Assembly (NCBI GenBank): GCA_964016885.1
Contig: OZ024742.1
Coordinates: forward strand, 77,066,001-77,130,000
Reading direction: 5' to 3'
DNA: 64,000 bases
Source: Eledone cirrhosa
Taxonomy: Eukaryota
The position numbers and the translations under genes were made by a program. Shown piece after piece: positions 41,110 to 58,069 of this stretch (position 1 is its first letter; every line of letters begins with the position of its first letter). A model generated the notes under the pieces. The model ran no database searches and was not told where the DNA came from. It saw nothing but the letters and a program-made list of their open reading frames with translations.

Positions 41110-42030
41110 CGGCGAGCTCAAACAGTAGAGAGAATAGATGATCGATTTATTTTCGGGATGGTTCGCCAATTTGGTGTTATCTTAACGACAACCCGTCCCG
41201 GAATGGCACACATGCAGTAATGCTAACTATTGTCGGTTGGGAGGTTGTGGGTCGAACGTTAGGCGAGCCCTAGAAATATATAATGGATGCTAAGCACGGC
41301 GTCGTGGAATTTGGGGGGCTCTCCGTAGATAACGTGTATCCCCTCACACTTGGGAGCGTTGACATCACGTCCGTGGAGCTTTAGAGTTGGAATGATTTGC
41401 CAAATGTCCTCAACTACCGTTTCAGTTTTCCCATCCATGGTCGCGTCTTCCAGGTACCATACATTGAAGTGCGATCGGGCCGAGCGGGCAACAACATCGA
41501 CTGCCAGCTCAAAGAGGAGTGGGTTTCCTTGTTGGATACCCACAGCGATAGGCAATGAATAAGCTGGGTCTTCCAGACGAGAGGCGAGCGATATGATGAA
41601 TGGAGGGGGCTCGTCTGGGACACGTCTTTCCGACGTGGTTCCGCCTAAGGAGGTTGAAGGCGTCTCTCATGTTAAGCTTCACAAGGGAGCGGTTTGATGA
41701 AGGAGGCGCGGTCTCTATAAAATGACTGGCCGCATGATCTACAGCATCACATACGCACAAGATTTCCACTCCAATCTAGACAGGGATTAGCACCTCACTC
41801 AGATCGTATTTGATAGATTTGCAGGCTATCTTAGCTCAGATTCCTCGTAACATTTTGCCCAGTGCGATGGAGCAGTGGCCACTGTCATTCTTCTTCAGGG
41901 CAGTCAGATTTGTTGAGACAAATAGATCTCGGGATTGGCAGGGCGCGTTGGCTCCGAGAAGGCAGTTGCGGAAGATTGTTAACGACTGGAGCAATCGAAT
42001 CTTTTTTCTGCAGCGTGACGCGAGATGAGG
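41110..42030 (-). mobile_element. CRE-like non-LTR RT fragment (decayed)
   Basis: KKDSGHCSIALGKMLR…LVKLNMRDAFNLLRR…GIQQGNPLLF…WYLEDATM…NAPKCE, in collinear order. Confidence 0.7.
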
Positions 42031-42471
42031 TCTCTAAGATGGCCGATTGTACATGTACCTTAATCTACGATTTACGTAATACTATATTGTTCTGAAACCT
42101 TGTGTTGTGTGTTTCATCTTGATATAACTGACAAGCTAAACCCATTATAAACCAAATAGAGTAATTGTTTAATAACATAATTTACGAGAAACTTGTTTAA
42201 TGATCTTAAGTGAATGTTGAAAGTAAAACAAAAACCTATATATTTAACGAGAGTGAAAGAGTTAAAAAGGTGGGGGAGAATAAGGGAAAGAAAATTGGGA
42301 GAGGGAGACTAGACACAAAAGCGTATGAAAGCATTGTAAGATGTTGTCTCTCATAACCACCTTAGATTTAGTTCCAAATCCGGAAGTTGATTTGGTTCCC
42401 TGATAAAAGCACATTATGTCAAGTATTTCAGCTTTCTCTATATAAAGGAACGGTCAATCTTACTCACACAA

Positions 42472-42504
<33 letters not shown>

Positions 42505-42505
42505 T

Positions 42506-42540
<35 letters not shown>

Positions 42541-42544
42541 AACA

Positions 42545-42802
42545 AGTATGTTTGTATGTATACGTACATACATATATGTATACATACGTACAGTAGTATG
42601 TATATATATACATACATGCACATATATATATATGCACGTATCGGTTTACCGAACATTTATTATAATGCTCGGTTTGTTTGTAAACAAACAAACAGCCCGA
42701 ATTATGCCGTACACTGTTTAGGCAACCACGTCACCTTTTTGTTCAACACTGACACATGAACGATGTACTACCCTCAAGCTTATTATCTATCGTCAGCATC
42801 GT
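42545..42802 (-). mobile_element. Partial copy of the 420-bp HHR family (HHR decayed)
   Basis: Reverse complement of 14365-14620. Confidence 0.7.
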
Positions 42803-43125
42803 CGGACGACATGCTTTGCAGCATAGAGTTACGGCCCTTTGTGATCTGAGTTCAAATTCCGCCGAGGTTAGCTTTCTCTTTCATCCTTACGGGATCGATA
42901 AATAAAGCACCAGTAATACACTGGGGTCGATCTAATCTACTTTCCTCTCCCCTTCAAATTGCTGGCCTTGTGCCTAAAGTAGAAACAATTATTATTATTG
43001 TTGTTGTTATTGTTACAAGATTACAAGATTGCCTTTCATCCTCACGAGGTCGATAAAATAAAATTCCAATCACACACTGGGGTCGATTTAATACGACTTT
43101 TCCCTTCACCAAAATTGCTGGCCTA
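42803..43125 (+). mobile_element. Two adjacent tRNA-SINE pieces (42803-42997 and 43029-43125)
   Basis: GAGTTCAAATTCCGCCGAGG and two TTTCATCCT…TCGATAAAATAAA cores. Confidence 0.75.
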
Positions 43126-43282
43126 GTAGGCTGCAGATGGCATCAGAACATTGTTGTACATTTACACGAAATGAAGAAGCATGATTTCTGTGGTGTTTTC
43201 TATATTCGGAGACGACAAACAAGAAATTCAGCTGCTATTGAAATAGTTGTATATTTGCGGTCAACACGTACCTCATTTCAGA

Positions 43283-43475
43283 ATGGTAAGCTGAAAAGTA
43301 CATAGGTGGAACAAGATACTTTCGTGGAATGACCAAATGATATTTATTTATCAACACAGTCCATGGGAAGCACCAATACACTTAATAAAATATTTGGAAA
43401 TTAATGTCTACAACATTTCACAGATCTAGCATCACTCATTCATATTCATTTATGAACTTTTTAGCCCACCCTCAT
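43283..43475. mobile_element. Possible mariner-type MITE remnant
   Basis: Imperfect TIRs GGTAAGCTGAAAAGTACATA / TATGAACTTTTTAGCCCACC, the right end followed by TA. Confidence 0.35.
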
Positions 43476-43632
43476 ATTCAAGGTATTCTGGCAGTTTGTA
43501 TGAAAATGCCTTATGTTCGAATCAATAATAAAATAAAGTTAAACTTCAAAAAGCGTCTAATTGAGAAAGAAATTGATAGTTAAGGGCTCTGTATACATTT
43601 TTAATTTTTGTGTGTATATATATATATATATT

Positions 43633-44884
<1,252 letters not shown>

Positions 44885-45517
44885 GTGACAGTGTCACTAT
44901 TTTAAACAATAGTGTATGGTCTTCAAAATGCTGTTAATTAAGCATACAGTGTATTGCAAAAAAACACACTATATATACATTCATATATATATCGCTATTT
45001 CAGAGCACCAATTCTAATTTTCAATTTCTACCGGACCGGCGTACGTTCGGTATAATCAGTTCCTGATTATTACTGGGATTCTATAAGAATCCAACACACA
45101 TAATTTTCAGCAAACATGAGGGGTATTGCACTTTGATAATTACCAAAACAGAGCTCTCTCAGTTTATCTCCCCTGTTTGCTGAAAATTTAAATAAGTGAC
45201 ATTGTCACTATTTAAAAACAATAGCGTATGGTTTTCAAATTGCTTTTAATTAAGGATACAGTGTATTACAAAATACCTATATATACATTCATATATATAT
45301 ATATCACTATTTCAGAGCACCACTTCTAATTTTCAATTTCTGCTGGACCGGCGACCGCTCTCTATAAGTTCCTGATTATTACTCGAATTCTATAAATGAC
45401 ATTGTCACTATTTTAAAACAATAGCGTATTGTCTTCAATATGCTTTTAATTAAGCATACAGTGTATTGCAAAATACACTATGTATATATATATCTATTTA
45501 AGAGCACCAATTCTAAT
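44885..45517 (+). mobile_element. Head-to-tail array (~2.3 units, one with a deletion) of the 310-bp retrozyme-like family
   Basis: Units start near 44885, 45196 and 45396. It has the same 3' end GAGCACCAATTCTAAT(TA)n as 36276. The HHR at 45130-45155 is degenerate. Confidence 0.8.
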
Positions 45518-45586
45518 TTATATATATATATATATATAATAAAATAACAGGAGGATGGACTTGTGTAATTCCTAATATATATATAA

Positions 45587-45694
<108 letters not shown>

Positions 45695-45841
45695 CTGTGA
45701 GATAAACCACAAAATCTCCATCTCAATTCTTAAAAATAGTCCAGTTGCATTTTTGAATACTTTTCCTTATGCTTTCACCCTTGTAGGACATCTCGTTGTT
45801 TTTCATTTAAAAAAACCTCATTCTCTTATATATATATATAT

Positions 45842-45904
<63 letters not shown>

Positions 45905-45926
45905 TATAAAAATAATGTGGTGTTGA

Positions 45927-46413
<487 letters not shown>

Positions 46414-49400
46414 TTGAGAATTGTTTCTGTAAGTGTACTAAGTTAAGTGGAAACACAACATAAGTGTGATTAGAACTCAGAATGAGAGTGATGTACAGAA
46501 ATTTTCTATAATCTTTTGCATTAAGTGCTATATAAAACCTTTCACAAAGTATCACAATATTCAAATATAATTCAGATCAAGCTGCTTCGAACAAATTTAA
46601 TGTAAGGCTTATTACACAAATTTTATTTCTGTATTTCGAAACCGGCGAAGTTAATCTTGCTACTCATGATTTTCTACTCGATAAAGTTACTACCAGTCAA
46701 GTACCTGGATCAATAAAATTGACTATTCCTCCAACAATTTGAGGCATTTGACATCAATATTTTTGCTGTGTTGACATTTAATATGTATCAATGCACTCCA
46801 ACCATCCATACTGTGATATTAATAAATATATTAAAAAAGAAAAATCTCCTTTGCACACAATTTCATAGGATGCCTGATTTAAAGAGGTTGGAATGATCTA
46901 TGAAACTCAAATTGGTGCGTATGTGATAAAAATGTAGATATAGTTAAGAGCAGGGGTTAAAACCAATTGAAATAATGGAATGTAATAGCATGAATCACAT
47001 GAAATTCTGTCAGAAGGAAAGCAAATTGCTATTAATTTCATATACATATGTTCGCAAATGTGTACAGACATATTTGTATATATAACAGATTAAAAGAAGA
47101 GCACGAACCTGGTACACATACACACACATATATACTCTTATATATATATATATATATATATATGTGTATATATATATGTGTGTAGTCATAAGCACACACA
47201 AACATACACACATACTCATACACACACATATATGTGTGTGTGTGTCTATCTGTATTACGTGTGTATACTTTTGCGTTACAATAAATTTCAAGTGAAAAAG
47301 AAAACAATGATGAACTGCGCTCTCCATAGACATAGGCTTACAATTTGGGCATTTATTTGCAAATATGACGTATGGTAAACTCCAGTTATGACTACTTAAA
47401 TGAAAAAGAATAATATATCCCGCAAATCCATTTACGTATATCTAATATAAGCTAATGTGCAGAGTAAATTATATTACAAATGTATAAAGTTGAACAATGA
47501 GAGCGAATATCGAATTGTACCGAAGGTTTGGAAATATATGATGAGTATTAGAACCTACAGCAAATAGCTCATCTAATATAACAATTCCAAATGGTATTCG
47601 AAATTACGATGATTGAGTTAATCGAATGCAATTACTGTTATAATCTACAACATTACAGGTATTAATAAATAGATAAAGAACATTTTAACATAATAAAATT
47701 CTGTTAACAATTTCTTAAACGAACTCACTGACTAAATCATGATACGATTTTCTCAAGCACAATGTAAGATTATGAACAAAAGGAGAAAAGGCAAATATAG
47801 CAGACCTACTGGATGTATTACAGAAAACACACTACCTTGAAAATCTTGCGAAACATATCTACACTGGGTATTATCAGGACTCGAAAAAACAACTATATCA
47901 AGTAGGATGCTTTAGGAAATGATAAATGCACAATTTGCAGAGGGACATGTTTAACATGCACAGGAAATAGTACGCTAAATGTATATTAAAATCTATCGGA
48001 TGTGCGGAATGTAATCCCGGTATATATAACTGAATGGAAACCCACATAATTTACTGTAGACCACAAAATATATCGCGTAACCACATCTCATCAAATGAGT
48101 GAATATCGCATATGATAAATAAATGCGCGATAAAAGCATTTCTTTCAAGCTGAACATTAGACATGCTGCAATGGTCAACATATTTGTAAAAGTACAATTT
48201 CTGCTCAGCAAATATATAGCCAACGAATTAATAAAATCGAAAAAGATATCACGTGTTGGTGTTCTCTGGAAACCATACATACATCAAACAAAAATTGAAA
48301 TCCTACTAAATTAAAGTATATCGCACAGGAAAGCTATATTCTACCCAATCCCTTTCTGTCTGCTATTTAAACTTTTCACAATTTAAGATTATAATGAACG
48401 TAAATAGGACTTTGTACATGCTCTTCACAATCCTTCACACAGATGAGATTTAATGCTTCAAACGATTCAAATCGCTAGCAGCATCATAATCGAGGAGGAA
48501 AAAAACTCAAAATGGCTCAAATTCTGTGACTTACCGATGTGCCGCGTGAGTATGATTTATTGATAACAGGGTGAAAGACGGGTAATTCTGGAGTGTTTTG
48601 TTGGGGTGGGCTGATATCAGCTAGCAGTGAGAAACAAGTAAATCATGGTTTATAGAAGTAACTACTGACTGACGAGGCAACACGTCTCAACAATTTGCTT
48701 GAGATTCCAAGTTGCTTTATTTCAGCCAGTCATGTGATATTGTTTTGTGTGAATTGTAGGAAATCTCCGTGAGTAGCCGTGGTATTTGATAAACATTACT
48801 ACATTACCCAGTGAAGACCTCACCTGACAATTGTAGTAGGTTTTTCGGAATATTATGAAGCAATGAAAAGAAAACATCTGCCGTTAAAATGCAGACCTCG
48901 CTATCTTGATGATGTGCTTTCGTTAAATTAAATCTCCAGGGATATAGAGCTTTAACATTTGCAGTGATTGTGAGGTGACTAAATGTGTGGGAGAACATAA
49001 GTGAGCCAATGTTTCCTTGATATTTGCAGTGATGGTTTCCTTTTGGAGTTTAAAGAGGAAAAAAAAACAGTGGATGATATTTCTGTGTTTGAAAGTTTGA
49101 TGTCACCATACAAATGATAGGGAATGTAGTAGATAGATAACGTCGAGACAGACACAAGTTATGGTGGATGTGTTGCTTTGTGATAGAAATGTAAAGAGAT
49201 ATAGAGGAATAGTATATATTTGGAAAGTAACCTAAATATCTTCCAGTGAGAATAATATAAGTGGTCGGCATAGAATACACTAGATAGGCACATACCCAGT
49301 CCATCGGTGTGAAATGCTGACAAAGGAAGATACAAAAACACATTTTGTATATGATAACATTCAACATACGCACATCATATGACAAAAGCTGAAAAAAATA

Positions 49401-51897
49401 TGTGTATGCGGATATGAAAATAATTATATGAATTACTGTGTATAAAATGGTAGGAAATAAACTTGGTAGACACCTAAATTAACATCAAACACTAATGAAA
49501 AGTTTAGAAAACATTGAATTGGAAATCAATGAATATAGATAATTTCATTTGTACCAATGTTTAATTTCGTCTGCAAGCAAACGGCACAAACAGAAAAATG
49601 AGTGGAAGTCAAATAATAAAAGGGAAAGAGTATGTGATGAAAATTATACCCATTGAGGAATAGAAGAAATTAATTAAAAATATATCTAAATGCATATACA
49701 TAAACCCGCGCACATACAGACACACGTAGTTATATGTATGTAGTTGCATACACATACATATGCACATATAAAAATATATTCAAACTTAAACATACATACT
49801 ACATTATGATTGAACTATAGAAATGATGATGAAATTAACTTGACATTCATTAAAATATACATAGAAGAGTTAGAAAAATACAGTGACAGTAAAAAAGAGT
49901 GAGGGAGAGAAATATGCATAGAGATAAAGAGAATGAAAAGAAAAAATGAGTACCAGAAGATAATTAATGAAATAGTAATTTCAAAACCTTGCTTAGTTTT
50001 CCCAAGCTCTTTGTATGTTTAGACTTACTTAACGTAAATTGTACACCTCTCATTAAACAGTTCATTGAGGTATTATTTGTTAAATTAATAAAGATGTCAT
50101 TTTGAAGTCTCAAGTTGCTTATATACCGTTTTTATCCATCATTTCAGGTGACCGTCATGCACTTAGAATTTAATGTTAATGCAAACATGGAACACGGACG
50201 TTAAACGATGATGATGATTTGATCTTCAATTAAAGAAAAAGTATTTAGTAAGGCATTTAGCAATGCTTACACTAAATCTTCTTGCATGGTTACTCCCTGT
50301 ATTAAAAAAAAAATGTTGTCATTCATAAAGATTGGAGGTGTACTATTATTAAGAGTAATTACGGACATGAGATTAAATAGGGTGACATATTCTTATTTTA
50401 AGTAATCCATGAAACCAATGAAAATACAAAACAATTTACAAAATACAAACATTGTTAATAGTATGTCAAAGAATCAAAAAATACTAAAGATATCGAATCA
50501 AAAATAGAAAATAAAAGCCTCGTCATTATAAAAATAATAACAACAGCAATAACATACACACTTTGACACTAACATGAGAATAGAAGCGTCGTTTGCCACG
50601 TAGGGTCAAGTATTGACTTATTAGAAATAACAAAATGAGTGCCCGAAACAGAATGGTGGTTACATTGTGCTCGAAATGATGTTATACCATTGTACGTTGA
50701 TTATATGCGGAAACTGAAAAGAAAACAAACTTATTTACCATTTCACCAAGAAGGGGGTAGGGGCTTTTTGTATGCCTTCATAAAATGAATTTAATGAAGA
50801 GCCATCTATGACTGGCTGATTTTAGAGATGATGATTAAGGGACGAGATTCTGCTTACACGGTGTCATTCAATATATGCTTCGGCGTAACATAAAGTTAGT
50901 AGTCATAGGATTATCAAACGTTATTGACCCTTGGTTGATAATCGTCATTTTAAAGACTATTATGAGTTACGTAGTTGACAGGCGTCACCATGAACTTACA
51001 TTTACTCTTGACATCACTGAAAAAGTCAAGTCTAATTAAGAATTTCATGCCGCTATGAGAACAGAATCAAAATCTATAAGACTGTTGGTGCAGGACTGGA
51101 GGACTGTTTAAGGGCCTTTTCTCCCGAGGTACTAGACGAAAGCCCAAATAACGAATATTTCCCGCAGCCGCATCAATCATACCACCAGTTCCATTTATGA
51201 AGTGGACAGGGCGAAGGTGAGATAGTACGTTTAAAGGTGAAATATGTCAGAGTAATTCTTTCTAACACTACACCTTTTCATTGGAAGTAAGGAGAAATAA
51301 ATTGACGCTGAGAAAGGCTGTGTAGAATTGAAAGGAATAGAAATGAAAATAAAATCCTGCCTGTAGTCACCTAGAAAGGGGGTAATCCATATGATCCTTT
51401 GAAATACATGTTCACCAGATGCAACAAGACTGGGTGCTTAACAACACATCAAATTATAGGAGACATATCAACGTAATATCTGTTTGGACACGGAAATAGA
51501 GATTGCTCATTCTAAAAAAAATATGAGGTTATGTAATTTTGTCCAGAAATTTTGAGTGCTTTTGTTAAGGAAATTAACGGAGAAATGATTATAGTAAAAG
51601 TCACTTACCATGTTTATCAGTTATTGCTGGTTGGCAAGCAGAAATATGATACGTTCTTCACCTTTTTGAACGGTAGATTCCAAACCGTATTTAGATGGCT
51701 AGCCCTACATTATATTTATAATTCTATATTATGTTTTGTTAATCCTGTTTGGTTTATCATGCATGTTTAATTAATCTGTCACTGTTTGACGTGTTCTAAC
51801 TACTATTGTTTTATATAAATTGTTTGAGCCATTGAAGCTACAAATGAAATTATTATTACTAATTATTACTAATTATTGTTAATATGAATAATTATGG

Positions 51898-51959
<62 letters not shown>

Positions 51960-52041
51960 CATATATATATGTGTGTGTATTTGTGTGCGTGCGTATGCGC
52001 GTGTATCTGTGTGCGTGTGCGCACACGCGTGTGTGTGTATT

Positions 52042-52261
52042 TACGAATACATATTTCAAAGCTTTTTAGCTATGAATTATGGAAGCTGAAGTCTAGCGCC
52101 ATTTAGCGAATTCCAGAAGAAGGAGTAGAGAGTAAATGCCGATTTAAGTTTGTGGCTGAATGCTGGTGTCCTCTCCCGCGTCTGCTTAAATTCGTTAGCT
52201 AACGCTAGCTACCAGCCTCCAAAGTTCATAGCTAAAAGGATTTCAAAGGTTTATTCGTAAA
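52042..52261. repeat. ~220-bp MITE-like inverted-repeat element
   Basis: TTACGAATA…TTTTAGCTATGAA mirrors TTCATAGCTAAAA…TATTCGTAA. Confidence 0.6.
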
Positions 52262-52588
52262 GATAACGTATATCGTTAGATATACAAAATACACATTTTT
52301 ATTTGTATACAACTATGTCGGAGCGAAAACGTGAATATATATAGAGAGATAGATAGAACAATTTTAAAGATTCGAAGTTAATGTTGTAGTGTGTATACAA
52401 ATTTTATTTACATATTACAGCTGTTTCGATATCGATCGGCTCAGATTACAATCAAAGTGGCGGGCCCAACTCTACACAAACACACACACACACACTCACA
52501 CACACACACACACATATATATATGAGATTAAAAAATCTGTCTTGATGTAAAGTACTGGTGTCTGCAGTTTTTCGGTCTACAACAATAT

Positions 52589-52632
<44 letters not shown>

Positions 52633-52646
52633 ATGTCTATATCAAT

Positions 52647-52738
<92 letters not shown>

Positions 52739-52740
<2 letters not shown>

Positions 52741-53020
52741 AAAAAATATGAAATCGAAAATGCAACTAGAGTCTTTTTAAGAATATTTATCTGTTTTCTT
52801 TATCGGTTTCACAGTTCTTATGCTTTTCAAAAGTAGAATTGAGATGGAGGGTTTCTCAATTCTACCTTTGAAAAGCATAAGAACTGTGAAACCGGCAAAG
52901 GAAACGAATAGATATTCTTAAAAAGACTCCAGTTGCATTTTCGATGTTATCTTTTTTCCTTATACTTTTATTCGTATAGGACATCTCGTATTTTTTTCAT
53001 TTTGAAAAAACCTCATTTTG

Positions 53021-53021
<1 letters not shown>
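52739..53021. repeat. Palindromic copy of the U3-A8 HHR pseudo-LTR family between (TA)n tracts
   Basis: 52739-52845 is the reverse complement of 52855-52960. Both arms carry a degenerate TTGAAAAGCATAAGAACTGTGAAACC. Confidence 0.75.
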
Positions 53022-53069
<48 letters not shown>

Positions 53070-55104
53070 CATTAGGATTATTTAATGTGAATGAAACAGT
53101 TGTAGGGCTGTAAGAGTCATTTTTATTTAATATAAAAATCTATTGAGTACATTTTTTAACTCTGGTTACCCACCACCGCACTCCGAGTATGAAAATATTA
53201 TATACATAATATTATATATGTGTTTGTGTTTGTGAGTATTGGTTTACAAATTAAAAACTTGTTATACTAAATACAATATTATGAAAGGAGAAACCTAAAC
53301 CTGAGCATACGAATACTTTCAGCCTGGTGCATCTATTGCCAGTTTCTATATTCTTGGTTAATTTGATCGAACTCATAATGAAATGTCACATGCTTTGATA
53401 CGAATGATATTTGAAGTTTTGTTTAAGAATAATAAGCTATTTATCAATAACGCCAAGAGCTTAGTCTTTAATATTGTCATTCTAATATATTCTATATGAA
53501 AATATTTAGTATTCCATTCATTTCTCTAGAGATGGTTCCCATATATGTTAATTGTTTCCTGAGGTAAGCCATATATAGATAAATTATTAGGATAGTTACA
53601 TTCAATTTACTGTTGGTTTACTAGTTCTTTCGATCTACTAAGGTATATAATATATATTCGTAATATAAGGAGTATTAAAACAATCTACAGGATTTTTAGG
53701 TAGTAAAGTTTAGGGTGCATTTATATTTAATTTCAATATTTGCCGAAAATATGTGTATTGGATGAATACAATTTAGCACAAATTACTTCATGTTGATTTT
53801 TTTCTCACTAGCTTTATTACATCCATCGGGGATATTCTAATATATCATTTCATCTTGGTTGTCAACGTTAAATATCATTCACAATTCTTATATTTATATA
53901 TATTTCATATATTTTCTTGTCTTCAATTAATCTGAATTCCTCTAAATGAGAGGTTATTGGATATATTTCGAAATATCACTTTAATGGTATGCAATGCATT
54001 TAGATAAACTTCACGTATGAAGTTATATGGCACCTGTTTATATATACTTAGTTTCACATGATTCAGCGTGATACATTCTACAGCGCTTTAAAATAATAAG
54101 ATATTAACCTAGCACAGCATTCATGACAAATATACATGTTTATGTTGCATGTGTTATTTTAACTGAGTCTTGACGATAATGATACATTTGCATATATGGA
54201 ATAAAAAAAGAGACCATTAATATATATGTTAATGCTGGTGACATATGAACTAAGAAATTGCATAAATTTATATTTTTTATGAGTCTGGGAAAATACGTTT
54301 GTATGTGTGTATATATATATAAAAACTTACTCAAGATTTAAATCAAGCAAATTTATGATCTGATCTCACAATTCAATTTTCATTTTCACATGAGTCAGAT
54401 TGGCAAGGGACAAATAGACTGGCGCAAATCTACTATTTCAATAACTTCCTTATTTATAATACTAACCTCTCAACTATCTCTAATATCAATATTATCTTAA
54501 CCCATCAATTAAACAGCGAAGGCTATATGGATTTACGGCTTGTATCATTTCATCACAACTGACACTCTCATTTCATAAATCGGTCCGCTTTTATATGTCG
54601 AATGACATTCCTTACACTAGCGGTATTATAAATGCTCGAAGGTTTTTAACTACTATCCACTTCACTTACTCCTCCTACGCCTCAACACAAATATACCTAA
54701 AATATTTATCATTTTCTTATTTCATTATGATCATTCTCTGAAGATTCGCCGTTAATGAGCATCGCCAGGGAGTGAGTAGAGAACATATTCATATCCACCT
54801 CTCGTACACAATTATAAAACCAATGATGAAGCACGTGTTAGATTATATAATCTAATAGGTTCTCCCTTCTCTGCCTGTTTTTCCTAATATGAATGCTCGG
54901 AACATGTACCATACTCGAGGATTTAACATCTGGAATGTTATATCAGAGGATTAGTTTAATCACGTAGAGATAGTATATTTGGAAAGCTGTTCCTTCACAC
55001 TTGTGGTTAAATAATCATTCGATAAAGTGAAACACCTATCATCTCCTCATATGTATATACATATATATATATATATATATAATATAATAATAATAATGAT
55101 AATA

Positions 55105-55287
55105 ATAATTGTTTCTACGTTTGGCATACGAACAGCAAATACCCGGTACATTACTGGTACTTTATTTTATAGAGCCCGTAAGGATGAAAGGCAAAGTTAA
55201 CCTCGACGGGATTTGAACTCGAACCGTAAAGAAACGTAACTATGCTAGAAATTATGGTGTCCAACCCTCTACAGATGCTGCCAATTC
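55105..55287 (-). mobile_element. tRNA-derived SINE copy
   Basis: GGATGAAAGGCAAAGTTAACCTCGACGGGATTTGAACTC on the plus strand. Confidence 0.75.
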
Positions 55288-55289
55288 AA

Positions 55290-57583
<2,294 letters not shown>

Positions 57584-58069
57584 CGATCATAGATTACCAC
57601 AAACTTGCATATTACGTAAGTTGGATTGATGATTTTGGATTAAAAAAACCTATCGGACGTATAATATCGTTCGATTTTTCCAGGTCAGTTGTCTAAACTG
57701 ATTAGTTTTTTCGTTGATTTGTATTGTGTCGTTTACCTGCCGCAATTTTCAATTTTTCAAGCTGTCTAAACGTATGTTATTACTCTAAGGCCTACAACCT
57801 TATCGAGTGCTTTGCTGCACTTTCTTAAGTGTAGGTCGTTAGCTTGGCCACAGCCAAAGCTTCGATTTTACTCAGCTTCCACTTGTATGATTATCACCTA
57901 GACCTAATATTTAATAAATTAGACTATTCCATTGATATGTTAATTAGTTACGTTTGTTTAATAACGTCTAGTCGAGAGATTCTCATTCGGATTGTGGAAC
58001 GGAATTGTTTTCCTTTGTTCACATTTTGAATTTGCGACCCAGCTCAAGTTTTATTACCCGCACCCTGCG

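Noticed and set aside
44885-45517. CRISPR-like or prokaryotic repeat-spacer interpretation of tandem units
   Set aside because: The units are ~300 bp without unique spacers, the context is eukaryotic and there are no cas genes.
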